From Bacilli bacterium (GTDB taxonomy: Bacteria > Bacillota_I > Bacilli_A > RF39 > UBA660), in NCBI GenBank assembly GCA_900772445.1, contig CAAHEL010000060.1:1-28550 (forward strand): a stretch of 28,550 nt of DNA, given 5' to 3'. Below, one piece after another: positions 1 to 8,327 of this stretch. The position numbers and the translations under genes were made by a program. Each line of letters opens with the position of its first letter. The first letter of the stretch is position 1. The notes below the pieces were generated by a model that saw only the letters and a list, made by a program, of their open reading frames with translations, had not been told where the DNA came from and made no database searches.

Positions 1-488
1 TACAGAAATCATCTTTTAGAATCCATTACTTAATTAGACTTTTTTTATTTAGTCCTTGACAAAGGGTTCATTTTAATTTCAAATCTTGGTCTTTTTTTCA
101 AAAAAAATGCATTTTATGTGACATAAAAAGCAGGTGGAAAAAATGTGATATATATATTTTTTGGTGTTAAAATTTTGGGTTTATTAGTAAGTAGGCTAAG
201 ATATTATTGTCTTGGTCTTTTAAAATTTAAAAAAAGAAGAAATAAAATGAAATACATGTATTTAAAACCAGAATTAAAAAACTTGTCTCAAAGAGAAAAA
301 CTGCATTTATGAAATAATTCAAAGGACTTATACGAGATAATATTTCAGAAAAATTAGGATTAATCGAATAAAATAAAGAAAAATATGATATTACTAAAAA
401 TGTGATTTTGCTAAATAAGTTTAAGACTATACATTATTAGTAATAATAAATTAATAGTAATTGAATATACTACAAATGTATACTATAG

Positions 489-517
489 TTGACATTTTCA
501 TAAAAATGTAGTATATT
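489..517 (+). promoter_or_regulatory. Sigma-A-type promoter driving the antitoxin-repeat/toxin transcript
   Basis: TTGACA (489-494), 17-nt spacer, TATATT (512-517). It lies about 25 nt upstream of the tandem repeats. Confidence 0.6.
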
Positions 518-540
518 TATATTGCACTGAAAAGTGTGAA

Positions 541-644
541 AATGTTTTTCGCTTCTGGATGGTGCGAATAATAAATGATTCCAGGCGACAATGTTTTTCG
601 CTTCCAGGTGGTGCGACTAATAAATGATCCTGGTTGAAAATGTG
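541..644 (+). ncRNA. Type III antitoxin-like tandem RNA repeats: two full 49-nt units (541-589, 590-638) plus the start of a third (639-644)
   Basis: Direct repeat with an exact 49-nt period and 39/49 identity. Six of the ten differences are three compensatory double changes that preserve a 5-bp helix (CTGGA/TCCAG in unit 1, CCAGG/CCTGG in unit 2). Unit boundaries are A-rich (GAAAATG / GACAATG / GAAAATG). The repeats sit directly upstream of a ToxN/AbiQ-like ORF. Confidence 0.75.
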
Positions 645-701
645 AATAACTTCATCAAACGATGGAGTTTTCTTTTATTTTGTGATATATTATATACGGA
701 G

Positions 702-1178
702 ATGATGCTTGTGGAAATTAAGACAGGTTATTTATATCATATTAAAGATGAATATTTTGATGTTGTAGATGATGATAGTTTAATGCAAAATCATGAAAAG
801 GGTAAAAAAAGGCCAACTTATTTTACTATTAAAGATAAAGATATTTTATGGTTTATACCAATAAGTTCTAAAGTAGATAAATACAAGAAAATAATTGATA
901 AGAAGATAGAACGATATGGATTTTGTAATACAATTATAATTAGGAAAATAGCGGACGAAGATGCAGCGATACTTCTTCAAAATGCGTTTCCTACATTAGA
1001 AAAATATATAGATCATGTACATACTGTTGATGGAGTTCCTTTAAATGTTCCAACAGATTTACAAAACGAGATAAAAAGTTTATTTAAAAATATGATTGGA
1101 TTAAAGAAAAGAGGGACTAATTTATTTTTTACTGATATAGATAGTTTAAAAAAGAAAATGTTAGATGAAGTAAAATAA
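702..1178 (+). CDS. Type III toxin-antitoxin toxin, ToxN/AbiQ/CptN-superfamily endoribonuclease-like
   Basis: About 158 aa. The N-terminal pattern (YLYHIKDEYFDVV ... KKRPTYFTIKDKDILWFIPISSKVDKY) resembles ToxN/AbiQ (FYTISSKYIEYLKEFD ... YLAPLTSPK), and an RNA repeat array sits just upstream. The track ORF starts at 624 inside the repeats. The ATGs at 702/705 (or GTG at 711) after GGAG (697-700) are more plausible starts. Confidence 0.7.
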   Translation: MMLVEIKTGYLYHIKDEYFDVVDDDSLMQNHEKGKKRPTYFTIKDKDILWFIPISSKVDKYKKIIDKKIERYGFCNTIIIRKIADEDAAILLQNAFPTLEKYIDHVHTVDGVPLNVPTDLQNEIKSLFKNMIGLKKRGTNLFFTDIDSLKKKMLDEVK

Positions 1179-1220
1179 ATGATTATAATAATTAAGAAAA
1201 TAGAATTTTAATAAAATACT

Positions 1221-1254
1221 AAAATAAGATAGTTGACAGTAACTATCTTATTTT
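1221..1254. terminator. Bidirectional intrinsic terminator hairpin between convergent genes
   Basis: ATAAGATAGTT (1224-1234) pairs with AACTATCTTAT (1241-1251) around a 6-nt loop. The stem is flanked by A-run/T-run and overlaps the stop codon of the minus-strand gene. Confidence 0.6.
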
Positions 1255-2075
1255 TTATTAATTCTATAAAAGTTAATCGAAGGAGTATTAAATAATCTGA
1301 AATTTACTCTAGATACTCCGATACCATTTGATACATATAAATCAATATCATCTACTTTATAATACTTATCATAATATTTTTTAGCGTTTGTAGGTAAGAA
1401 GAAATTTTTTATGTAAGGGATATTAATTTGTCCGTTATGTGAATGACCTGCCATAACGATATTGGGTTTTAATCCTTTGATACTATCAATATAGTCTGGT
1501 TCGTGCATTATTATTATTTTATAAATATTTTCTTCGTTTGTTAGTTTAGATAATACACTTTCATTGAATTCACCAGTGCTTATTCCTCCGATAAATATTT
1601 TTTGATTATTTTTGCTATAGATAAAATCATAATTATTTTCTAGTAATATAAAATCAGATTCTTTGTAAATATTTCTTATTTTTTCTATATCAATAGAGTA
1701 GTCGTGATTACCAATTACTGAGTATTTTCCATATTTAGCATTTATTTTTTTAAATGTTTCTTTTAAATATTTAATATCTTTATTAGTTATATTGCTATCT
1801 TGGTCTATTAAATCTCCAGTAAATACAACAATATCTGGATTAATTAAATTGATTTCATTAACGATATCATTAATTCTATCTTTGGTTATTATTCTTTTAT
1901 AATGTAAATCAGAAAAATGTACTATTTTTAGTCCATCAAAATCATTATCAATACTTGTATTAATTACTATTTCATTGGTTTTTAAACCTGATGTAGCAAT
2001 ATATCTTGCATATAAAAAAGTAAGAGATACAATAATAATTAATATTAGAAATACTTTAATTATTTTTTTTATCAT
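1248..2075 (-). CDS. Membrane-anchored metallophosphoesterase (calcineurin-like, YkuE-type)
   Basis: N-terminal TM helix plus the motifs HFSDLH, GDLID, GNHD, HEP and GHSHNG. Confidence 0.85.
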   Translation of the reverse strand: MIKKIIKVFLILIIIVSLTFLYARYIATSGLKTNEIVINTSIDNDFDGLKIVHFSDLHYKRIITKDRINDIVNEINLINPDIVVFTGDLIDQDSNITNKDIKYLKETFKKINAKYGKYSVIGNHDYSIDIEKIRNIYKESDFILLENNYDFIYSKNNQKIFIGGISTGEFNESVLSKLTNEENIYKIIIMHEPDYIDSIKGLKPNIVMAGHSHNGQINIPYIKNFFLPTNAKKYYDKYYKVDDIDLYVSNGIGVSRVNFRLFNTPSINFYRINKK

Positions 2076-2752
2076 ATAATATTTGCTCCGATTAGATAAA
2101 GTAATATAGTAACAGTATTATGTAAAAAGTGCATACTCATACTAGAAAAGATATTATTAGTTTTAGTATAAAGATAAGCAAAGGTAAATCCTAAAGAACA
2201 ATATGGTACTAGATATAGTAAAGCAGATATTCCTGTTGAACTAATTACGTGTAATCCTCCGAAAATAAAACCACTTACAAATATATATAACCATTTATTA
2301 TTTATTATATCTCTTATTCCTTTTCTAAATAATAATTCTTCGGTTAATGGGGCATAAATTGCTACATCTAATAACATTAAGATAGGGAATAATTCAATTC
2401 TTTCTCTAACTAATTGTTCGTTTTCAGCAATTTTATTACCTAATATTAAAGTAATTATTACGTTACTTACTATCATAACTATTACTCCGATTAGATATAC
2501 TTTGAATGCTTCTTCGAAGTTATTAGAGAAATTACTAAAGAATTTTTTGGCGTCTTCTTTTAAAGTTTTATAGTAACTTAGAATAAATATTATTAGTATT
2601 ATTATATTCCAAATTGATTCATATATCATTTTTTCTTTTATGGTATAACTATCATAATCAATATTAAATATTACTATTGGTAATGATTTTAGTATTAATA
2701 AGACTATAAATAGTAAGATAAATTTAATTATATATTTTATTTTTTCTTTCAT
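2072..2752 (-). CDS. CPBP family intramembrane glutamic endopeptidase (CAAX protease-like)
   Basis: Polytopic membrane protein with TEELLFRKG (EExxxR), FGGLH (FxxxH) and HFLHN (HxxxN). It overlaps the downstream phosphoesterase gene by 4 nt. Confidence 0.8.
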   Translation of the reverse strand: MKEKIKYIIKFILLFIVLLILKSLPIVIFNIDYDSYTIKEKMIYESIWNIIILIIFILSYYKTLKEDAKKFFSNFSNNFEEAFKVYLIGVIVMIVSNVIITLILGNKIAENEQLVRERIELFPILMLLDVAIYAPLTEELLFRKGIRDIINNKWLYIFVSGFIFGGLHVISSTGISALLYLVPYCSLGFTFAYLYTKTNNIFSSMSMHFLHNTVTILLYLIGANII

Positions 2753-2848
2753 TTTATCACCTAGAATAATTATATCATAATATATAGAAAAAAAATACTT
2801 TATTTTGTATTATTTATAATGTATAATTATATTGAAAGGTATGATGAT

Positions 2849-4351
2849 ATGAAAAAAATAATGTTATGTATATTAGATGGAGTGGGAGTAACTGAAAATC
2901 ATGTAGGTAATGCTTTTTATAATGCTGATACTAAAAATATTGATAAGTTAATTAAAGAGTTTCCTCATACGTTACTTCATGCTTCGGGAGAGTATGTAGG
3001 GCTTCCAAAAGGTCAAATGGGTAATTCTGAAGTGGGACATATGACTATTGGGGGAGGTAAGGTTATATTTCAGTCTTTGGAATATATAAATAAGAAAATT
3101 GAAGATAATACATTTAGTGAAAATACTGAAATATTAAAAACTATTAATCACGTAAAAGAAAATAATTCTAAACTTCATTTAATGGGACTTTTATCTGATG
3201 GTGGGGTACATTCAAGTATTTATCATTTATTTAAATTATTAGAAATGTGTAAGGAAAATGATTTAAAGGAAGTATATATTCATATTATTACTGATGGAAG
3301 GGATACGCTTCCTACTAGTTCGGTAAAATATATTAAGATGCTTGAAGATAAGATTAATTCTTTAGGTATTGGTACTATTGCTAGTGTTGGGGGAAGATAT
3401 TATGCAATGGATAGGGATAATAGATATGAAAGAATTAAAAAGTATTATGATGTTATTGTAAAAGGAGATAATTATAAGGAAAAAGATGTGTATGATGTAA
3501 TTAATTCTAGTTATAATAATAATGTTACTGATGAATTTATTGTGCCATTTCTAGTTAATAAAAATGGTATGATAGATAGTAATGATGGAATAATAATTTA
3601 TAATTTTAGACCTGATAGATTAAGGGAAATAATTACTGTTTTAACAGATGATAATGGTACTTATTTTGATATTAAGAAATTAGATAATGTTAGTATTGTA
3701 TCAATGATGAAAGTATCAGAAAAGTTAACTAGTAGATATGCTTTTAGTTTAGAGAGAATTGATAATCCACTTGGTGTTTATTTAGATAGTTTAGGTTATA
3801 GTCAACTTAGAATTGCAGAAACAGAAAAATATGCTCACGTTACTTATTTCTTTGATGGTGGAAAGGAAAGAGAATTAAAGGGTTCAAAAAGGGTATTAAT
3901 TCCTTCCCCTAAAGTTGCAACTTATGATTTACAACCTGAAATGAGTGCTTATGAAATAAATAAATCTTTACTTGAAGAAGTTAATAATAAGAAATATGAT
4001 TTAATTGTTTTAAACTACGCTAATGGTGATATGGTAGGGCATACTGGTAATTATGATGCTGCAGTTAAGGCAGTTGAAACAGTAGATAAATGTTTATATG
4101 AATTATATGAAAAATTACATAATGAATATACTTTTTTAATAACTGCAGATCATGGTAATTGTGAAAAAATGTTAAATGAAGATGGTAGTATTAATACGGC
4201 ACATACTAATAATAGGGTATTTTTTATAGTAACTGATACTAGTGTTAAGTTAAAAGAAGGTACTTTATCTGATATTGCTCCGACAATTCTTGATTTAATG
4301 AATATAGAAAAAAATAAAGAGATGACTGGTAGTAGTTTAATTAAAAGATAG
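2849..4351 (+). CDS. gpmI: 2,3-bisphosphoglycerate-independent phosphoglycerate mutase
   Basis: LCILDGVG, MGNSEVGH (catalytic Ser), ITDGRD and TADHGN motifs over about 500 aa. Start moved to the ATG at 2849 (MKKIML), which follows GAAAGG. Confidence 0.93.
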   Translation: MKKIMLCILDGVGVTENHVGNAFYNADTKNIDKLIKEFPHTLLHASGEYVGLPKGQMGNSEVGHMTIGGGKVIFQSLEYINKKIEDNTFSENTEILKTINHVKENNSKLHLMGLLSDGGVHSSIYHLFKLLEMCKENDLKEVYIHIITDGRDTLPTSSVKYIKMLEDKINSLGIGTIASVGGRYYAMDRDNRYERIKKYYDVIVKGDNYKEKDVYDVINSSYNNNVTDEFIVPFLVNKNGMIDSNDGIIIYNFRPDRLREIITVLTDDNGTYFDIKKLDNVSIVSMMKVSEKLTSRYAFSLERIDNPLGVYLDSLGYSQLRIAETEKYAHVTYFFDGGKERELKGSKRVLIPSPKVATYDLQPEMSAYEINKSLLEEVNNKKYDLIVLNYANGDMVGHTGNYDAAVKAVETVDKCLYELYEKLHNEYTFLITADHGNCEKMLNEDGSINTAHTNNRVFFIVTDTSVKLKEGTLSDIAPTILDLMNIEKNKEMTGSSLIKR

Positions 4352-4358
4352 GTGAACT

Positions 4359-5618
4359 ATGAATAAAAAGATTAGAATTGTTATAATAATTCTTTTGGTA
4401 ATGGTATTAATTTTTTTAGTGGGTTCTTTATTATATAAAGATAATTTAGAACAAAAGGAAGAAAATAAAATTAGAAATACTATTACTGAAATTAAAAAAC
4501 ACTATAATAATAAAGTTATAACTGATAAGGAAACTAAGTTATATATATTAAATAATAATAATTATGAAGAAGTAGGTATGGTAAGTGATAATGTAGTTTT
4601 ATCTTTAAAAGATATTAATATTAATACTGAAACTAAATATTTTATTACGGATACTTTTTCTGAAGAATATTATATTTATTATGAAGATGTTATACCAAGT
4701 AATGATACTGAAGAGGTTGATTATAGATATAGAAATTATATTCCTTTTGATGAGAATATTGTAACTGGGGATATAACGGAATTTTATAGTGATGGTAATT
4801 TGATATATAGATTTAATAAGTCTTTTGATTTACCAGTAATTATAAAGGAAGATAATAGTTATTTTGTGGAATTTAACAATAGGTTATTAGAAGTAAAAAA
4901 AGATAATGTAGTAAATACTTATAGTAATAATAATAGTGAAATAGAAAAAGCGAAAAGTATTAGAGTAATTGCATATCACGCTTTTTATGATAAATATGAT
5001 GAAAATGAGAAATGGTGTAGGACTGAAATATGTCATCCAACAACTCAAGTTGAAGAACAAAGTAAATATTTAAAAGAAAATAATTATTTTACATTAAATA
5101 CTAAAGAGTTATCTTGGTTTATTGATGGAAAAATTAATGTTCCTAAAAAATCAATAATGATTACTATTGATGATGGACTTCTTGCAGAACGTGGTTTGGA
5201 AGTTTTTGATAGGTATGAACTTAATGCGACTTTATTTTTAATTACTTCATTATATAAACCAGAATCTTATATAAAAAGCAAGTATATAGAATATCATTCA
5301 CACGGAAATGATTTACACAAAGTTGGTGTTTGTCCTGGAGGCCAAGGTGGAGGAATTAAATGTTTAGATAAAAATGTACTTATTGATGACTTGAAAACTA
5401 GTAGTGAAATACTAGGAGGTAGTACAGTATTTTGTTATCCATTTTATGAATTTAATAACTATTCAATTAGTGTTTTAAAGGAAGCTGGATATACTATGGC
5501 ATTTGCTGGTTTAGTAGGAAATGGTAGGGTAACTACTGGTACAAATAAGTATATAATTCCTAGATATACTATTACTAGTGATGTATCTTTAGAGGAATTT
5601 ATTAATATAGTTAAATGA
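4359..5618 (+). CDS. Membrane-anchored polysaccharide deacetylase family protein (NodB homology domain at the C-terminus)
   Basis: N-terminal TM helix. The C-terminal part carries ITIDDG (TFDDG-type motif) and HSHGNDLH (HxxxH-type motif). Confidence 0.7.
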   Translation: MNKKIRIVIIILLVMVLIFLVGSLLYKDNLEQKEENKIRNTITEIKKHYNNKVITDKETKLYILNNNNYEEVGMVSDNVVLSLKDININTETKYFITDTFSEEYYIYYEDVIPSNDTEEVDYRYRNYIPFDENIVTGDITEFYSDGNLIYRFNKSFDLPVIIKEDNSYFVEFNNRLLEVKKDNVVNTYSNNNSEIEKAKSIRVIAYHAFYDKYDENEKWCRTEICHPTTQVEEQSKYLKENNYFTLNTKELSWFIDGKINVPKKSIMITIDDGLLAERGLEVFDRYELNATLFLITSLYKPESYIKSKYIEYHSHGNDLHKVGVCPGGQGGGIKCLDKNVLIDDLKTSSEILGGSTVFCYPFYEFNNYSISVLKEAGYTMAFAGLVGNGRVTTGTNKYIIPRYTITSDVSLEEFINIVK

Positions 5619-5641
5619 GGTAGTTTTTACTATCTTTTTTT
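5618..5641 (+). terminator. Intrinsic terminator after the deacetylase gene
   Basis: GGTAGT (5619-5624) pairs with ACTATC (5629-5634) with one G-U pair and a 4-nt loop, followed by a T-run (5635-5641). Confidence 0.5.
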
Positions 5642-5675
5642 CTTAATATTAATGTGTCTAATGATACTTAAAAAC

Positions 5676-5704
5676 TTGACTGAATAGTGTTTTTCTTATA
5701 TAAT
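5676..5704 (+). promoter_or_regulatory. Sigma-A-type promoter of the wall-polysaccharide operon
   Basis: TTGACT (5676-5681), 17-nt spacer, TATAAT (5699-5704). AGGAAG lies before the ATG at 5726. Confidence 0.65.
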
Positions 5705-5725
5705 TTTATTAGGAAGTGATGATAT

Positions 5726-6511
5726 ATGATAAAAAATATTATACAAGTAATGAAAAGGTATAGATTTCTATTAGAGCAATTAGTTCTTAGAGATTTTAAA
5801 GTAAAATATAAAAGAAGTTTTTTAGGGGTAGTTTGGAGTTTATTATATCCATTATTAATGATGGGAGTTATGGCGTTGATATTCTCTAATGTATTTAGAT
5901 TTAGTGTACCTGGAGTTAATTATTTGGTATATTTAATGACTGGGTTAGTTATGTTTAATTATTTTAGTGAGGCTTCAAATCTATCTATGGGTTCAGTAGT
6001 AGCAAACTTTGGTTTAATTAATAAGATATATATTCCTAAATATATTTTTCCATTATCAAAATGTTTATTTGTTGGTATTAATTTTTTACTTACTTTGATA
6101 CCTTTATATTTAATAATTTTTATAACAGGACAAGGTGTTAATATTTATCATTTATTATTACCATTTGCTTTTATTTGTTTATTTATTTTTACTATAGGTA
6201 TGGGATTTATTTTATCTACAATTACTGTATTTATGAGAGATATGTTTTATATATATGGAATTATTATAACAGTATGGACTTATTTTACTCCGATTATGTA
6301 TGATATTTCAATGATTGGTCCAAAATTACAATTTTTATTTAAACTAAATCCATTATATCAATATATAGATTTTGCTAGAACTATTATTTTATATGGTAAT
6401 TGTCCTAGTTTAACTAGTTTTATTGCTTGTTTAGGAAGTTCGTTATTATTCTTATTAATTGGTTTAGCTGCTTTTAGGAAAAATCAAGATAAATTTATTT
6501 ATTATGCATAG
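5726..6511 (+). CDS. tagG: ABC-2 type polysaccharide/teichoic acid export permease
   Basis: About 260-aa six-TM ABC-2 permease with the typical N-terminus LVLRDFKVKYKRSFLGVVWSLL, directly followed by the cognate ATPase. Confidence 0.85.
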   Translation: MIKNIIQVMKRYRFLLEQLVLRDFKVKYKRSFLGVVWSLLYPLLMMGVMALIFSNVFRFSVPGVNYLVYLMTGLVMFNYFSEASNLSMGSVVANFGLINKIYIPKYIFPLSKCLFVGINFLLTLIPLYLIIFITGQGVNIYHLLLPFAFICLFIFTIGMGFILSTITVFMRDMFYIYGIIITVWTYFTPIMYDISMIGPKLQFLFKLNPLYQYIDFARTIILYGNCPSLTSFIACLGSSLLFLLIGLAAFRKNQDKFIYYA

Positions 6512-6522
6512 GTGGTGAAATA

Positions 6523-7302
6523 ATGAAAAGAAATAGTTGTATAAAAGATGAAATAATGATAGATATAGAAAATGTTTCAATGAGATTTAATCTAGGTATT
6601 GAAAAGGGTTTTTCTTTCAAGCAATTCTTTGTAGATTTATTTAATCCTAAAAAAAGAAAAAAGAAAAAGAAAGAAGAATTTTATGCATTAAGTGATGTTG
6701 ATATAAAAGTTAAAAGTGGTGAAGTTATTGGACTTATTGGTAGTAATGGAGCAGGTAAATCAACACTTTTAAAAATAGTAGCAGGAGTTATGAAACCTAC
6801 CAAAGGTAGTGTAAAAGTAATGGGAAATGTTTGCCCTATGATTGAACTTGGAGCAGGTTTTGATATGGAACTTACTGCTAGAGAAAATATTTATTTAAAT
6901 GGTGCAATACTAGGATACTCTAAGGAATTTATTGAAAGTAAATTTGATGAAATAGTGGAGTTTTCTGAATTACAAGAATTTCTAGAAGTTCCTGTTAGAA
7001 ATTTTTCTTCAGGTATGATTGCTAGACTTGCTTTTTCAATTGCTACAATAGTTGACCCAGAAGTATTAATAGTAGATGAAATATTATCCGTGGGAGACTT
7101 GGCATTCCAACAAAAAAGTGAAGAAAAAATGCGTTCAATGATTGGGGGAGGTACTACTGTATTATATGTTTCACATTCGGTTGATTCAATTAAGAGTTTA
7201 TGTGATAGAGTAGTATGGTTAGAACATGGTAAAGTAGTTGAAATTGGTGATACTAAAAAGGTATGTGACCACTATATTGAAACTGTTGTAGGGGAGGAAT
7301 AA
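6523..7302 (+). CDS. tagH: Polysaccharide/teichoic acid export ABC transporter ATP-binding protein
   Basis: Walker A GSNGAGKST, signature FSSGM, Walker B LIVDE, H-loop SH. Paired with the ABC-2 permease. Confidence 0.88.
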   Translation: MKRNSCIKDEIMIDIENVSMRFNLGIEKGFSFKQFFVDLFNPKKRKKKKKEEFYALSDVDIKVKSGEVIGLIGSNGAGKSTLLKIVAGVMKPTKGSVKVMGNVCPMIELGAGFDMELTARENIYLNGAILGYSKEFIESKFDEIVEFSELQEFLEVPVRNFSSGMIARLAFSIATIVDPEVLIVDEILSVGDLAFQQKSEEKMRSMIGGGTTVLYVSHSVDSIKSLCDRVVWLEHGKVVEIGDTKKVCDHYIETVVGEE

Positions 7303-7304
7303 GT

Positions 7305-8327
7305 ATGAAATTATTAACTGTAATAGTTCCTGTATATAATACAGAAAAATATATTAAAAGATGTTTAGATTCACTAGATAATGAAGAAGTAAATGATTTA
7401 TTAGAAGTCTTAATAGTTAGTGATGGAAGTAAAGATAATGCTATAAATATTGCTAAGGAATATGAAAAGAGATTACCAGATACATTTAAAATAATTGAAA
7501 AAGAAAATGGCGGACATGGTTCAACAATTAATAAAGGATTAGAACTTGCTACTGGTAAATATTTTAGAGTATTAGATAGTGATGACTGGGTAGATAATAA
7601 TGATTTTGTTACTTTTGTTAAGAAATTAAAGGAATTAGATGTAGATTTAGTAGTAACAGATTATAGAAAAGAATTTGTTTATGAAGGAAAAAGTGAAAAA
7701 TTAGTTTATAAGGATTTGGAACCTAATAAGAAATATGATTTTGATACTTTTGATTTAAAACTATTAAATGGTGAATACTTTGTTATGGCAACTTCAACAT
7801 ATAAAACTGAAGTTCTTAGAAAGAGTAATTTAAAATTAATGGAAAAAACATTCTATGTAGATATGCAATATAATGTTGTACCAATACCTATGGTTAATGA
7901 TTTTATTTATTTAGATTTAGATATTTATAGATACTTTATTGGTAGAGTAGAACAAAGTGTAAATACATCATCATTTGTAAAAAATCATAAAAATCATGAT
8001 AAAGTAGTTAAATATTTAATTGAATATTATACTAATTTAAAAAATATTAGTGATGTAAAAAGAGAATATATAAAAATAATTATTAAATATATATTATTTA
8101 CTCATTATTCAATATATTGTATTTATTTTAAACATAAAAAAGAAGGATATAAACTAGTAAAAGAATTTGATAAATATTTATATGATACAAATAAGGAATT
8201 ATATGAAGTTAGTGATGTTTCTTTTATTAAGGTATATAGAAAATTGAAGTTTACTCCGACTTTATTAGTAATAAACAAAATGAAAAATACTTTAGTTAAA
8301 TTTGGAAAGAGAATGATGTCTAGATGA
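7305..8327 (+). CDS. Family 2 glycosyltransferase
   Basis: LTVIVPVYNTEKYIKRCLDSL, VSDGSKDN and the DxD-type LDSDDW motif. Confidence 0.85.
   Translation: MKLLTVIVPVYNTEKYIKRCLDSLDNEEVNDLLEVLIVSDGSKDNAINIAKEYEKRLPDTFKIIEKENGGHGSTINKGLELATGKYFRVLDSDDWVDNNDFVTFVKKLKELDVDLVVTDYRKEFVYEGKSEKLVYKDLEPNKKYDFDTFDLKLLNGEYFVMATSTYKTEVLRKSNLKLMEKTFYVDMQYNVVPIPMVNDFIYLDLDIYRYFIGRVEQSVNTSSFVKNHKNHDKVVKYLIEYYTNLKNISDVKREYIKIIIKYILFTHYSIYCIYFKHKKEGYKLVKEFDKYLYDTNKELYEVSDVSFIKVYRKLKFTPTLLVINKMKNTLVKFGKRMMSR

Noticed and set aside
145-312. 55-codon GTG-initiated ORF (VIYIFFGVKILGLLVSRLRYYCLGLLKFKKRRNK...) preceded by AGGTGG, possibly a small membrane protein
   Set aside because: The apparent RBS (CAGGTGG) and the region around the GTG are part of the recurring CAGGTGG / AAAATGTGA repeat-derived motif. 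The start is non-ATG, a hairpin-like element lies inside the ORF, and I recognise no family. It cannot be excluded but is not supportable from sequence alone.
466-515. Heptamer TATACTA twice (466-472, 479-485) and its complement TAGTATA (509-515) around the toxin-antitoxin promoter as a possible operator
   Set aside because: These are short, AT-only words in very AT-rich DNA, and type III TA loci are not known to need a DNA-binding autoregulator. This is insufficient evidence for a binding site.
541-644. Tandem repeats as a possible CRISPR array
   Set aside because: The units abut directly with a 49-nt period and no spacers, there are only about two copies, there are no cas genes, and the units show compensatory helix changes. 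The context fits a type III antitoxin instead.
624-701. N-terminal 26 codons of the computed ORF 624..1178
   Set aside because: This stretch lies inside and immediately after the antitoxin RNA repeats. It has no RBS and reads as a hydrophobic, low-information peptide. A GGAG RBS and ATG/ATG/GTG starts at 702-711 fit the ToxN-like protein much better.
6640-6685. A-rich run encoding KKRKKKKKEE in tagH as a possible slipped-strand phase-variation tract
   Set aside because: The homopolymer stretches are short (5-7 A) and interrupted by G. The segment encodes a plausible basic linker, and there is no evidence of frameshifted alternative frames.
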